Shown piece after piece: positions 51,467-60,931 of a DNA stretch of 64,000 nt (positions are counted from its first letter, which is position 1; the number at the start of each line of letters is the position of its first letter). The DNA is taken from NCBI GenBank assembly GCA_963791785.1, contig CAWBTW010000010.1:69828-133827 (forward strand), written 5' to 3'. The position numbers were made by a program, and so were the translations under genes. The stretch is from an uncultured Chloroflexia bacterium (GTDB lineage: Bacteria > Chloroflexota > Anaerolineae > Anaerolineales > Villigracilaceae). Below the pieces are notes generated by a model. It was not told where the DNA came from, searched no databases, and saw only the letters and a program-made list of their open reading frames with translations.

Positions 51467-52054
51467 TCAAATAAATTTCAGCACATCTTTCAAGACTCGC
51501 AAATCTTTCTCCCCCGGTTCCTCATCCGCATAGCCGAGAAAGAACATTGCTTGCGACTCCCAGGCGTCTGGTAAATCCAGCGTAACGCGTGTGGCTTCCT
51601 GCGCATACAGCGGCCAGCAGATCCAGTTAGCGCCCAATCCTTCAGCATGCGCGGCCAGCATCAGTTGCAGGCCAGCCAAGGCCACAGATTGCACGGCCAT
51701 GGTGTGTTCTTCAGGCTCTTCTTTTCGGATGGCAGTCATGTCGCGGCAAAGCAAAATGATGATGGGAGCCTCATCGATGCGGCGCAGGGAGATTTTGACG
51801 CGTTTATCAATGTCTGCTTGGGATGCGCCTTCAGCAGTCATGTCGGTGCGCATTTTGTTTGTCAGTGCCTGGCCCAAGCGGGTTCTAGCGACTGAAGTCG
51901 TTACTACGCAAAAGCGCCAGGGCTGCAGGTTGTGCGCAGACGGGGCATAGGTTGCCGTTTTGAGAATCCGTTCGATAACGGGAGCAGGCACAGGGGTTGG
52001 TTGGAAGCGGCGGATGGAGCGCCGAGTCCGTAAGAAGGATTGGTAGTCGTTCAT
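51467..52054 (-). CDS. nitroreductase-fold protein resembling the FbiB C-terminal domain (candidate dehydro-F420-0 reductase)
   Basis: ..RRSIRRFQPTPVP..ILKTATYAPSAHNLQPWRF... The start is taken at MNDYQSF (ATG 52054). It lies in the cof gene neighbourhood. Confidence 0.65.
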   Translation of the reverse strand: MNDYQSFLRTRRSIRRFQPTPVPAPVIERILKTATYAPSAHNLQPWRFCVVTTSVARTRLGQALTNKMRTDMTAEGASQADIDKRVKISLRRIDEAPIIILLCRDMTAIRKEEPEEHTMAVQSVALAGLQLMLAAHAEGLGANWICWPLYAQEATRVTLDLPDAWESQAMFFLGYADEEPGEKDLRVLKDVLKFI

Positions 52055-52141
52055 GGTGGGATTATCCCACATTCCTTATGAATAAAAAGAGAAACAGAAT
52101 GTGGGATTATAATCTCCCGCAGCCCTTCACCTGGAGATGTT

Positions 52142-52648
52142 ATGACTGAAAACGAATTGACCAAAATCCGCCGACAAGATCGTGCGATCACAGATGATGC
52201 CTGGGTCGCGGACTTTTTGCAGAAAGCAGACTATGGCATTTTTGCCACTTGTAAGGACGGACAGCCGTTCACGGTGGCGCGCAATTTTGCCTATGATGCT
52301 GAGAAACATGCCATTTATTTTCATGGCGCGCGCAAGGGACGGACGTTTGAGAATGTGGGTGACGGTACGCCGGTGAATTTGAACGTGAGCGAGATGGGTG
52401 AGTTGAGTGTTGGTAAGCGCGCGATAGATTTTGGGGTGAATTACAAAGGCGTAGTAGTTTTTGGCCGCCTAACTGTTGTGGAAAATGTTCAGGAAGCCAG
52501 GCATGGCTTGCAACTGCTCATGGACAAGCATTTTCCGGAATTGAAACCCGGCGCAGACTATGAACCAATTACCGATGATGATGCGAAAGCAACGGCCGTT
52601 TTCCGCGTTGATATCCAGGCCTGGAGCGGCAAGGAAAAGAAGGGTTAA
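52142..52648 (+). CDS. pyridoxamine 5'-phosphate oxidase-fold (NimA-like / FDOR) protein
   Basis: Intact 168-aa ORF starting ..RRQDRAITDDAWVADFLQKADYGIFAT... Confidence 0.65.
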   Translation: MTENELTKIRRQDRAITDDAWVADFLQKADYGIFATCKDGQPFTVARNFAYDAEKHAIYFHGARKGRTFENVGDGTPVNLNVSEMGELSVGKRAIDFGVNYKGVVVFGRLTVVENVQEARHGLQLLMDKHFPELKPGADYEPITDDDAKATAVFRVDIQAWSGKEKKG

Positions 52649-52658
52649 TCAATGATGA

Positions 52659-53048
52659 TTAATGCTTGTCGAAGTGTTCCGGCTTGATCTTGAATATAAT
52701 GCGCTTTTGTTCCGGTCGGTAGTCCCAGGGCTTGCCCTGGTATCGGTGGCAGAGCATATCAATATGCTCATCGGCACCTTCGCGGGTATACCCCACCACT
52801 TCACCGCGAATTTGCAGGTAACGGTAAGGGTCCGCCGGATCTTGAATAACCATCGCAACCTTTGGTCGTTCTTTCATGTTGCGGTCTTTGGTGCGTCCCT
52901 CGTTGGTGTTGACCAGGATGTGCTCACCATCGTTGTCAAACCAGACGGGTGTAACCTGTGGTGAGCCGTCGGGCATGATGGTGGTCAGAAATAGAAAAGC
53001 TTTGGTTTCGGGTTTGAACAGGTCTTGATATTTTTCGGGGAAGTTCAT
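52659..53048 (-). CDS. PPOX-class probable F420-dependent oxidoreductase (FDOR)
   Basis: Intact 129-aa ORF with ..LTTIMPDGSPQVTPVWFDNDGEHILVNT..RYLQIRGEV... ATGA overlap with the upstream gene at 53045-53048. Confidence 0.7.
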   Translation of the reverse strand: MNFPEKYQDLFKPETKAFLFLTTIMPDGSPQVTPVWFDNDGEHILVNTNEGRTKDRNMKERPKVAMVIQDPADPYRYLQIRGEVVGYTREGADEHIDMLCHRYQGKPWDYRPEQKRIIFKIKPEHFDKH

Positions 53049-53407
53049 TTTTGTTCCTTGGGGTTTGGAATGTAAAGATAGCGCATGAAATCAGGGATGA
53101 AATCGATGATCACTTTTACATCATCATCTGTGCAGCCGAGCAACAGCTTGATCTCAGCGTCGCGGTCAACTGTATCATACGTGCATAAGATTCCTGTAAG
53201 CGCGCGCCCTTCTTGGGAGCCGATCCAGACATCGATGCCATCCCCATCTGCGGCAAGCGTGCCCTCCACATAGCCGTAGTCAAACGGATAGATCAACTCT
53301 GGAAAACGTGGATGGGCTTCGCCACGCGGTCTGTCTATGACGATGGGCCTGCTGACCACTAAATCGGCCATTTCGTCCCAAAAAGCTTTTCCCGTTAAAT
53401 CTGTCAT
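53045..53407 (-). CDS. small inorganic-pyrophosphatase-like protein
   Basis: ..YPFDYGYVEGTLAADGDGIDVWI.. (a family I PPase-like acidic motif). Start MTDLTGK (ATG 53407) forms an ATGA overlap with the cofE stop. Confidence 0.55.
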   Translation of the reverse strand: MTDLTGKAFWDEMADLVVSRPIVIDRPRGEAHPRFPELIYPFDYGYVEGTLAADGDGIDVWIGSQEGRALTGILCTYDTVDRDAEIKLLLGCTDDDVKVIIDFIPDFMRYLYIPNPKEQK

Positions 53408-54156
53408 CTGAATAAATCCTGTTCTTTTGGGCGCAGGAGTTCGCACAAATTTCCATTCCGCAGCGGATACGGAAATCCACGCACGTGGACGGCGGGTGTG
53501 CCCTCGGCGGCCTGTCCCATCATCAGGGATGCGGCTCCGGCCAACTCGTCCGCTGCACCGACCTGGGTGATTTGCAAGGTGCGCCCGAAGAGATCAGGGT
53601 CACCCCGCAGGTCAACCAGGCCGGGCATCCCGGCGACACCGATGGATGTGCCAACAGTGCCTTCGCGCCAGGCACGTCCATGTGAGTCGATAATGAGTAC
53701 CCCAATGTCGCTTCCCGTTGCCTTCTCGATTTTTTGTCGAAGTTCTTCGGCAGAGCGGTCGGGGTTTTCGGGGAGGAGTAAGACTGAATTCTCATCACCT
53801 ACGTTTGATTGATCGATGCCCGCATTGGCACATACAAATCCCAACTTGTGCTCGACGATGATCGCGCCCGGCCTAACGCGCAGGATTTCATTACTCTCTT
53901 GCAGGATCAATTCCACAACACGCGGATCTTTCTCACTTTGGCCTGCCAGTTCCAATGCTTTTTCGGAAGGTGCGATGGTCTTCAAGGCCATCATCCGTCC
54001 TTCGGCTTTGGAGACGATTTTTTGGGCAAGCACCAGGATGTCGCCATCTTGGATTTGGATGGATGTGTAGTGCAGAGATTTGACAAGAACATCCGCCAGG
54101 TTGTCACCTTGGCGGATGAAGGGGATGGATTTGAGGGGGGTTAGGACGAGTGACAT
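53404..54156 (-). CDS. cofE: coenzyme F420-0:L-glutamate ligase (CofE)
   Basis: Intact 250-aa ORF with ..GDILVLAQKIVSKAEGR.. and ..GFVCANAGIDQSNV... Confidence 0.85.
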   Translation of the reverse strand: MSLVLTPLKSIPFIRQGDNLADVLVKSLHYTSIQIQDGDILVLAQKIVSKAEGRMMALKTIAPSEKALELAGQSEKDPRVVELILQESNEILRVRPGAIIVEHKLGFVCANAGIDQSNVGDENSVLLLPENPDRSAEELRQKIEKATGSDIGVLIIDSHGRAWREGTVGTSIGVAGMPGLVDLRGDPDLFGRTLQITQVGAADELAGAASLMMGQAAEGTPAVHVRGFPYPLRNGNLCELLRPKEQDLFR

Positions 54157-54242
54157 GTTTGGTGTAATGGATACTGCATAAAATGTGATGAGAAAAACGT
54201 AATTCGTGAGCGCGCTACGTTTTACTTTTTACGTTTCGCTTA

Positions 54243-54913
54243 TCACTTCTTCACCCCTGTAAGTTTAATTCCAGCATGCGTAGAACCATATTTTTTATTA
54301 ATGCCAATCAACACACTGGTGAGACCTTCGACCACAACCGAATTTTCAATCGGGCCTGCATCCCAGCCGGTCAGCCCGGCGGCTTCAACCAGCTTGATGG
54401 CTTCGGCGCGTGCTTCTTTGCTGGTGCCGGTGACCAGCACATCACAGGTTACGTCACCATCTCCGAGCAGATGTTCGTGCGAAATGTTTTGGAAGGCGGC
54501 GCACACTTCTACGCCTTCTCCAAGAATATCGCGCGCTTCTTGCGTTGCTGAACCTGCTTCCGGCATCTGCACTTTGCTGACTTTTGGCGGTACGAGCGGG
54601 ACGGTCACGTCGATGAAGAGTTTGCCCTGCACGGCATCTTTCACACTTTCAAGCGTAGGGCGGTGTGCGGAGTAGGGTACTGTCAGGACCACGATGTCTG
54701 CACCTTTAGCGGCATCAGGATTGGACAGGCCTTCGATGCGTGATCCTCCGTCCAGCATCTGGCTAATTCTTCAGCAGTATCAATTGCTTTGGGCGGCGTG
54801 CGGGAACCGATCAACACTTTGTAACCGGTCTTTGCCCAACGATAGGCCAGTCCCTTGCCTTCTTTGCCGGTTCCACCGAGTATAGCAATAGTTTCACGAA
54901 CAGTATTTTTCAT
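54243..54913 (-). pseudogene. npdG: NADPH-dependent F420 reductase (NpdG/Fno) with one frame disruption near 54765
   Basis: ..IAILGGTGKEGKGLAYRWAKTGYKVLIGSR.. continues in ORF 54243-54758. The phase step equals -1 nt. Confidence 0.8.
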
Positions 54914-54979
54914 ATGGATTTTCCTCGTAGCGTCCCCGCACTTTTATGGTTGGTATTTTGTTTATATTATCGGGTTAAA

Positions 54980-57608
54980 TCAGGCCAATCCAAATTGTTG
55001 CGGGTCGGGAAGTTTTACTCCGCTTGCGGCTAACTCGCACAGAACGAGGAAGACGGCTTCGCGCAGTTTGGGATCATCCCGATACATGGCATGGTACAGG
55101 TTGGTGATCACACCTTCGGTGGGCATGCGTTTAAGATATGGCAGCGCAGCCAGACGCTCCTCTTCACTGCCGTTCTTGAGGGCGGTCAACAAAACTTCTG
55201 TGGCTGGCGACCCGGGTGAAATGCCCACCCCTTGTTGGCCAGCAAATTCGATCAGCCAGGGCGTTTCGGATGGCGCTGTCAAGGGGCGCGGTATGCGCGG
55301 ATCTATCACATCTTTGCTTTCGAGCACTTCGCTGGCCGAATTGCGCACAACCCATTGGTCATCTTCCACTTGAATGGTTTGCAAGGCTTCAGTTGCCCAC
55401 TCATCCTCGACGCGAGCGAGACCATAGATAACAGCGCGGCGCAGCAGGATATCGGCCAGTGCCATGCCTTCCTTGAGCATGTCGTGCCCTTCATTCGGGT
55501 CATTTGCCAGTGCTTCGGCTGCAGCACGACGCAAATCTTCTTCTCCATGCAACAGGGCGCGGGCTACGGACTCCATGGCGGGGCCTGTCCCGATGGCAAC
55601 CAATGCTAGGCAGCCTGCCTGTTGCGCAGAAACACTGGGGGCGTGGAGGGTGCTGGAAAGAAACTCTATCGCTTTTGAGTCGTGAACTGCCCCGCTGCCA
55701 AGCGCAGCCAATTGGATCAGTTCAAAAGATGTGGTTCGCAAAAACTGGCGGAAGAGCGGCGCAGCACCAGGGTCTCCGCTCCAGTAAAAGGCTGAAACAG
55801 CCTGTGCCCGCAACGCAAGCGGAATACTATCCGTCTGCAGCAAGCCTGCCAGCAGCGCAAATATTTTGCCACGCCAGGGGGCTTCACGAGGCGCATCGCG
55901 CAGCCAGCGTGCCGCACTGAAAAGCGGTTGGTGCAGAGGCATTTCCGATTGTCTCAACATGGCATCTGCCAGACCAGATGCATCACCATGTGCAGCGATA
56001 TAACGCATTGCCAGTAGTTTTCCGGACCAATCCGGTTGTTCGAGCAGTGTTTCATCCATGTTGATGGCGGCCATGGCGCTTCCAGCCAGGAACCCGCCAA
56101 AGACAGGGTGCACAAACCGCAGACGGTTGCCAGAGTGCGATGTTAACAGGCCGCTGTCGGTCATTTTCGCCAGCAATCTGGATGTGGCAGTAAGTGGGCC
56201 TGTTCCACCACCGAGCGGACCTGTTCTACCGAGTGGCCCGGTTCTACCAAGTGGCCCCGTCCTGCCAAGCGGGCCTGTTCTCCCTTTCCTCTTGAGCCGC
56301 CCGGTTTTGGGCTTCTCATTATCCGGGGTTTCGGGATTGCCTTCTTCATCTTCTTCGACTTCAACATCTTCTTCTTCGGGAAGTTCAAAATTCTTTACCC
56401 AATCGCGGGCCGAGCGCGAATCAAAGATGGATTGTGCGGATAGCGCCACTTGCATTCCCAGGGTTTCGAGGGCTGCCAGGGGGGTGCCGCTGGGGGCCAG
56501 GCGGCGAATGTGGGTTGCGATAGCGTCCAAAATATCAGGGCCTAAACTGTCGCCTGCATAACCAGCCCATACTTTAAGTGTGAGTTCCAGGGGGGTGAGT
56601 GTTTGGTTATCCGTATTCAGCCAGGTGTTGATGAGTAAAGGATCGATCTCTTCCAGGTTGTTTTGCGCCCAGGTTTCAACTGCAACTGTCTGGGACCAAA
56701 GCTGACCCCAATTTTCGATGAAATTGTCGCACTGGCTGGATTTCCAGGGCATCAATGTGACGGGCTCAAAACCGAGACCAGTAAGGCCATCAAGTTGTTC
56801 TGGGCAAGCTGTTGCCACAACATGGGTTTCTGGATAAGCTTTGAGCAAGGCTTTTAAGGTAGTTGGAAACTTTGGCTTGCTCGTTGGGAGATAATTCATC
56901 AAACCCGTCAAGCAGCAAAAGTGCTTGGCCACTGCTGAAAGTGTATTGGATGAAGTTGGGCAAGCGTGTCACATCCCGGATAGGCGCGTGTTCAGCAGCT
57001 GTATCCTGGATAGGGGATAAGATATCTTTCGTATCGCCCTCTGGCAAACGCAATTCTGCAATGTGGTAGAGGAAGGGGACGCTTTCACTCAGTGTCCCCA
57101 GTTGCGGATCACGATTGGCAGCCAGGGAAGCTAAATAAGCCAATGCAACCGTTTTTCCTGTACCAGGTTGACCCGTAACAATCAAATTAGTTCCGCCAGC
57201 AAGGGCTTGGGGCAAACTCAAGTTGGGCGCATGATAGATGGCTGCCAGTTCCGGCCAGGCTGGCATATAAGGGAGCGTTCTGGCAACGATGTCTTCAGTT
57301 AGAAGCGGTTCCCCGGGAGCCTGTCGAACAGGGGGAGCCAGTAGACGAGGTGTTTCAACAATCTCATCTAGCGCAAAAAGTGGAGCTGCTAAATGCATGC
57401 CCTGCGCGCGGCGCAAGGTGATACGCCGGTGGTTTTCCTCTACGCCGGTGGAGCGACGTGCTTTAGCCTCTTCACGGTTTTGTGCCCAGTTTGCCCGGAT
57501 TTCGCTCCAAAGCGGACGCATGCGCCCCATCAACCACCAAAAGATCGTGGCGGTGATAAAGCCGACCAGGAAAGAGAAGGTTTCTAAGGAAAAAGAAGAC
57601 AAAGACAT
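54980..57608 (-). pseudogene. TM-anchored NACHT-like STAND NTPase with C-terminal HEAT repeats, with one frame disruption near 56850-56930
   Basis: Start MSLSSFSLETFSFLVGFITATIFWWL (ATG 57608). Walker A GQPGTGKT. Walker B / NACHT signature LLLLDGFDEL. The C-terminal 400 aa are HEAT/PBS-lyase-like (..EDLRRAAAEALAN..). Fragments 56790-57713 and 54980-56932. Confidence 0.7.
56192..56284 (-). repeat. 18-nt in-frame tandem repeat encoding (GRTGPL)x4 plus GGGTGPL
   Basis: Plus-strand units are gagcggacctgttctacc, gagtggcccggttctacc, aagtggccccgtcctgcc and aagcgggcctgttctccc. The encoded peptides are identical while the DNA differs at synonymous positions. Confidence 0.85.
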
Positions 57609-57613
57609 AAGCG

Positions 57614-58315
57614 TTAGGTTGCGAATAAAATGCGTCCGCAGGTAGGACAGTTGTAAATTTGTGCAGCTGAGCGGGCGCTTTGATTTTGGGATGGTGTCAG
57701 GGTTGTGCCACAAGCTGCACAGGCTCCGTCACTGACATCTGCAACAGCCAGGCCTCGTTTCTGCTGGCGCAACTCATCGTAAACGGTCAGCAGGTTTGTG
57801 TCCAGGGGTGAGAGCGCGGCCTGTCGTTCCGATGCCAGCCGCTCCAGTTCCTTGTCCAAGTTGGCCTGCTCTGCTGTCAACGTCACGTTTTGACTCTCCA
57901 GGCGGGCACGAACCTTTTCAAGTTCATTCACTGCGGCTTGATTTTCCAGTTCTGCTGCTTCTTCCTCTACCATGGCTTCAAGCTGCCGTTCTTCAAGAGT
58001 TCCCAGGTATCGCTTAAGGCTTGCAGCTTCATCCTGCAAATCCTGTAATTCTTTGGGATTTTTTACAGTGCCGCTGTATAAGGTCGCTTCAGACTGTTCG
58101 ATTTTTACTTTTTGTTTGTTTACTTCTTCTTCCGCCTGATTTAGTAGCTTTTGGGTCAATTTATGCGCTGACTCTGCCTTGGTTACCTGTTCTTTGACCT
58201 GGCGCAGTTCAGCATCATTTTCAAGAGTATGACGGATTTTATCCAGCCGTGCACGGATTTCGTCCATGCGGCTGTCCAACAATTGCAGGCGATAGAGACC
58301 GAGTGCTGCGCTCAT
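57614..58315 (-). CDS. coiled-coil protein with a C-terminal C4 zinc ribbon (COG1579-like)
   Basis: Intact 233-aa ORF with a heptad-rich body and ..CAACGTTL..CPTCGRIL at the C-terminus. Its stop lies 5 nt upstream of the NACHT gene start. Confidence 0.7.
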   Translation of the reverse strand: MSAALGLYRLQLLDSRMDEIRARLDKIRHTLENDAELRQVKEQVTKAESAHKLTQKLLNQAEEEVNKQKVKIEQSEATLYSGTVKNPKELQDLQDEAASLKRYLGTLEERQLEAMVEEEAAELENQAAVNELEKVRARLESQNVTLTAEQANLDKELERLASERQAALSPLDTNLLTVYDELRQQKRGLAVADVSDGACAACGTTLTPSQNQSARSAAQIYNCPTCGRILFAT

Positions 58316-58365
58316 ACTTTAATTATATACGAACTATCCATCTTTGTTTGGTGTTGTTTGGAATC

Positions 58366-59868
58366 CTATTGTACCGGAAGGTTGAAATAATTATAGACCA
58401 CCTGTGAGAGATCTGCGAATAATTCTGAAACCGGCTCCCAAACCGCTTGAACGGGATGGTATGCATACATGACAAGAACATAGTTCCCACCAGGAGTATA
58501 CACGATAGCTGAATCGCTGATGTTTTTGATAACGCCGCTGCCTACGTCACTGATCCAGCCGTGTTTGTGCGCGACCTGGGTACCTTCAGGTACGCCCGCT
58601 TCGATCAGGACCCCGATCTTGTCTGCCGCTAAAAAGCTGATCATTTGCTGACAGACTTCCTGCGTGATCTGTCCGGGAAAGGCTGCCACCAACGCGCCGC
58701 CGCCGGTCGTAGCACACTGATACATATCTGCCAGCAGCATGCCCATGTCAGATGTGGTGGTCTGATTATACAGATCAGGGTCGGTGAACACATCCAGGCG
58801 TTGGTTGGCAGGTGTGGAAAAGCGTTGCAAGAGTGGACAGGGCTCAAAGGCATTACAGAAAAAACCTGCGATGAATGTGTTTTCCAATCCAATTTTTTGT
58901 AAATCTTCGCTCACGATGAGAGGCCCGTTAAAGGCGTTCAGGCGTTCCATTAAAGCATCGGCAGGCGGGTTTTCCGATTTGCGGATCATGTTCAAAATCA
59001 ACTCGGATGTGTTCTCATCCAGTGCAGATGGCCCGTTCTTAATGTAGTAAGAAATCATGATGGGGATTTTGATCGTGCTGGAAGCAGTAAAAGCTACGTC
59101 CGGCGTGACGGAGATTTGCTCTCCCTGATCCATGGCGAAGTGAACTTCCTGCCCTGTTTGCAGGTCCAGCATATACAGGCCAAAGACGCCGTCGTATCCG
59201 GCCAGTGTAATGGTTTGTTGCAGGAGAATTTCCAAATTTTCCAGGGTAGGGCGTGTTGCTGTGCTGCGTTGGAATGTTAATGAAATAGTCCGATTGAACG
59301 GGGAACGCAGCGCATCTTCCATCAAGATGACGGCGCGGTTAATGTCGAGTTCTTGCCCGGAGCGGCCCGGGGCAAATCCTGCGCTTCCCGGGATAGGCCG
59401 GGCAGGCTCGGGCGGGATATTGTAGCGCGAAGCAATCTCATTCTGCAGATACGTGCGCAAGTCTTCTTCAACAATCGTGGCGCGGAGTGGAATGGTAACG
59501 GGGGCGGGTTCCTGATTCCAGAGATAATTCCAGTAGCCCCCCCAGAATGATTCGCTGGTGCGTGAAAGGTCTGCTGCAGCCAGCATTGCTTCCAGGTCCA
59601 ATTCAAAGCCAACGATGGCTGGATCTATGTGTATGATCGTTTCCCCGAATTGTGCCTGGATCGGTGTGTTGTAGACAAGTAGTATGCGTTCTGGTGCTTC
59701 CTGCGGGCTCAAGCCGCCAACGGGCACGCCGCCGATTGTCATCCCGGCAGGATAGTTATTGCGCTGGCGACTGTAGCCGATCAGCGTCACAATCGCCAGG
59801 ATGATCGTGGCAGTCAGGAAGAGAATCGATATGATTCGAACAAGGACAGAAGTATTGCGGCGTCTCAC
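58366..59868 (-). CDS. membrane-anchored serine hydrolase (class A beta-lactamase / PBP-like fold)
   Basis: Intact 500-aa ORF with an N-terminal TM helix, an SxxK motif (ASSTIKIP) and ..HKHGW... Confidence 0.6.
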   Translation of the reverse strand: MRRRNTSVLVRIISILFLTATIILAIVTLIGYSRQRNNYPAGMTIGGVPVGGLSPQEAPERILLVYNTPIQAQFGETIIHIDPAIVGFELDLEAMLAAADLSRTSESFWGGYWNYLWNQEPAPVTIPLRATIVEEDLRTYLQNEIASRYNIPPEPARPIPGSAGFAPGRSGQELDINRAVILMEDALRSPFNRTISLTFQRSTATRPTLENLEILLQQTITLAGYDGVFGLYMLDLQTGQEVHFAMDQGEQISVTPDVAFTASSTIKIPIMISYYIKNGPSALDENTSELILNMIRKSENPPADALMERLNAFNGPLIVSEDLQKIGLENTFIAGFFCNAFEPCPLLQRFSTPANQRLDVFTDPDLYNQTTTSDMGMLLADMYQCATTGGGALVAAFPGQITQEVCQQMISFLAADKIGVLIEAGVPEGTQVAHKHGWISDVGSGVIKNISDSAIVYTPGGNYVLVMYAYHPVQAVWEPVSELFADLSQVVYNYFNLPVQ

Positions 59869-59883
59869 ACGGTCTCCGAATAG

Positions 59884-60802
59884 TTATGATTCTGTTTGTG
59901 GCTTTGCCAGAATGGCGGCGGCAGCCAAAACATACGTGATCCAAACCAGATCAGCTGTCAGTAAGTGTATCATTTGCATATAGATGGGTGCAAGCAGGAT
60001 TAGATTGATCAACCCGGCGGATAATTGTACAAGACCAATAACAACCAGAGTTGCGAGCAACTTGCGTGCCAACCCTCGGTTCTGACTGAATAGCATACGT
60101 ACGAGGTATAAGGAATACCCGGCCACAAGTACTGCAATGACTGGATGATACACGCGCAACCTGATAAGGAAATGAGCGTTTGGGTCTTTGTCAGCGGCGA
60201 GGCCCTCGGCCAACGAACTGGCCGGAAAAAGCGTATCCCCAAGCGCGGTTACTGCACCACTCATGCCAATCAGCAGCATGCCCAGCAACCCGGCTCCCAG
60301 CAGCCATACTTTGGGGCCTTGTCCTTTGATTTGAACGGGTTTGCCGCCCGATGCCCAGTAAGCTGTCAATGCCAGGCTGCCAACCAGCAGGAAGGTGTTG
60401 GCAAGATGTAAGGCCACTGCAATAGCGCGAGCCGACCGATGAATTTTCTTCGACCAGCTTGAACAACACCAACCCGGCACCCAGAAGGGCTTCCACAACG
60501 ATCAAAATCCCTGCAGCAGTCAATCCTTTGCGGACAGGATGTTCTTTGGTTGTGATACGGAATCCCCAGAATACCATTGCTGCAATCAAAAGGATGGCTC
60601 CTCCAGAAAGCATGCGGTGAGTAAACTCGATGGTCATTTCTGCGTCAGGAGCCTGGGGAAGCACCTGTCCATCACATAACGGCCAGTGCTGTCCGCAGCC
60701 GGCTCCGGAACCGGTGGCGCGTACATAGGCTCCCCATAAGATAACAATCAAGTTCCAGGCGAGCACCCCCCAGGTAAACGGCGCAAAATTCTTTAGTTTC
60801 AT
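59884..60802 (-). pseudogene. ctaA: heme A synthase (COX15/CtaA) with one frame disruption near 60440
   Basis: ..GSGAGCGQHWPLCDGQ... Fragments 60191-60802 and 59884-60498. The phase step equals +1 nt. Confidence 0.8.
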
Positions 60803-60836
60803 TGAGTTTAGAACCTGTACAGTTTACGAAAGGATA

Positions 60837-60881
60837 CCGAAGATAAGGGTGGCGGGCGACGCCCGCCACCCTTATCTTCGG
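60837..60881. other. 45-nt perfect palindrome in the ctaA / proline dehydrogenase divergent region
   Basis: CCGAAGATAAGGGTGGCGGGCG-A-CGCCCGCCACCCTTATCTTCGG (22-nt arms). Confidence 0.85.
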
Positions 60882-60931
60882 ACCACTCCCGTTCAACTGC
60901 ATACTTCAAAAAGTTTCAAGGTTGGAAAAAT

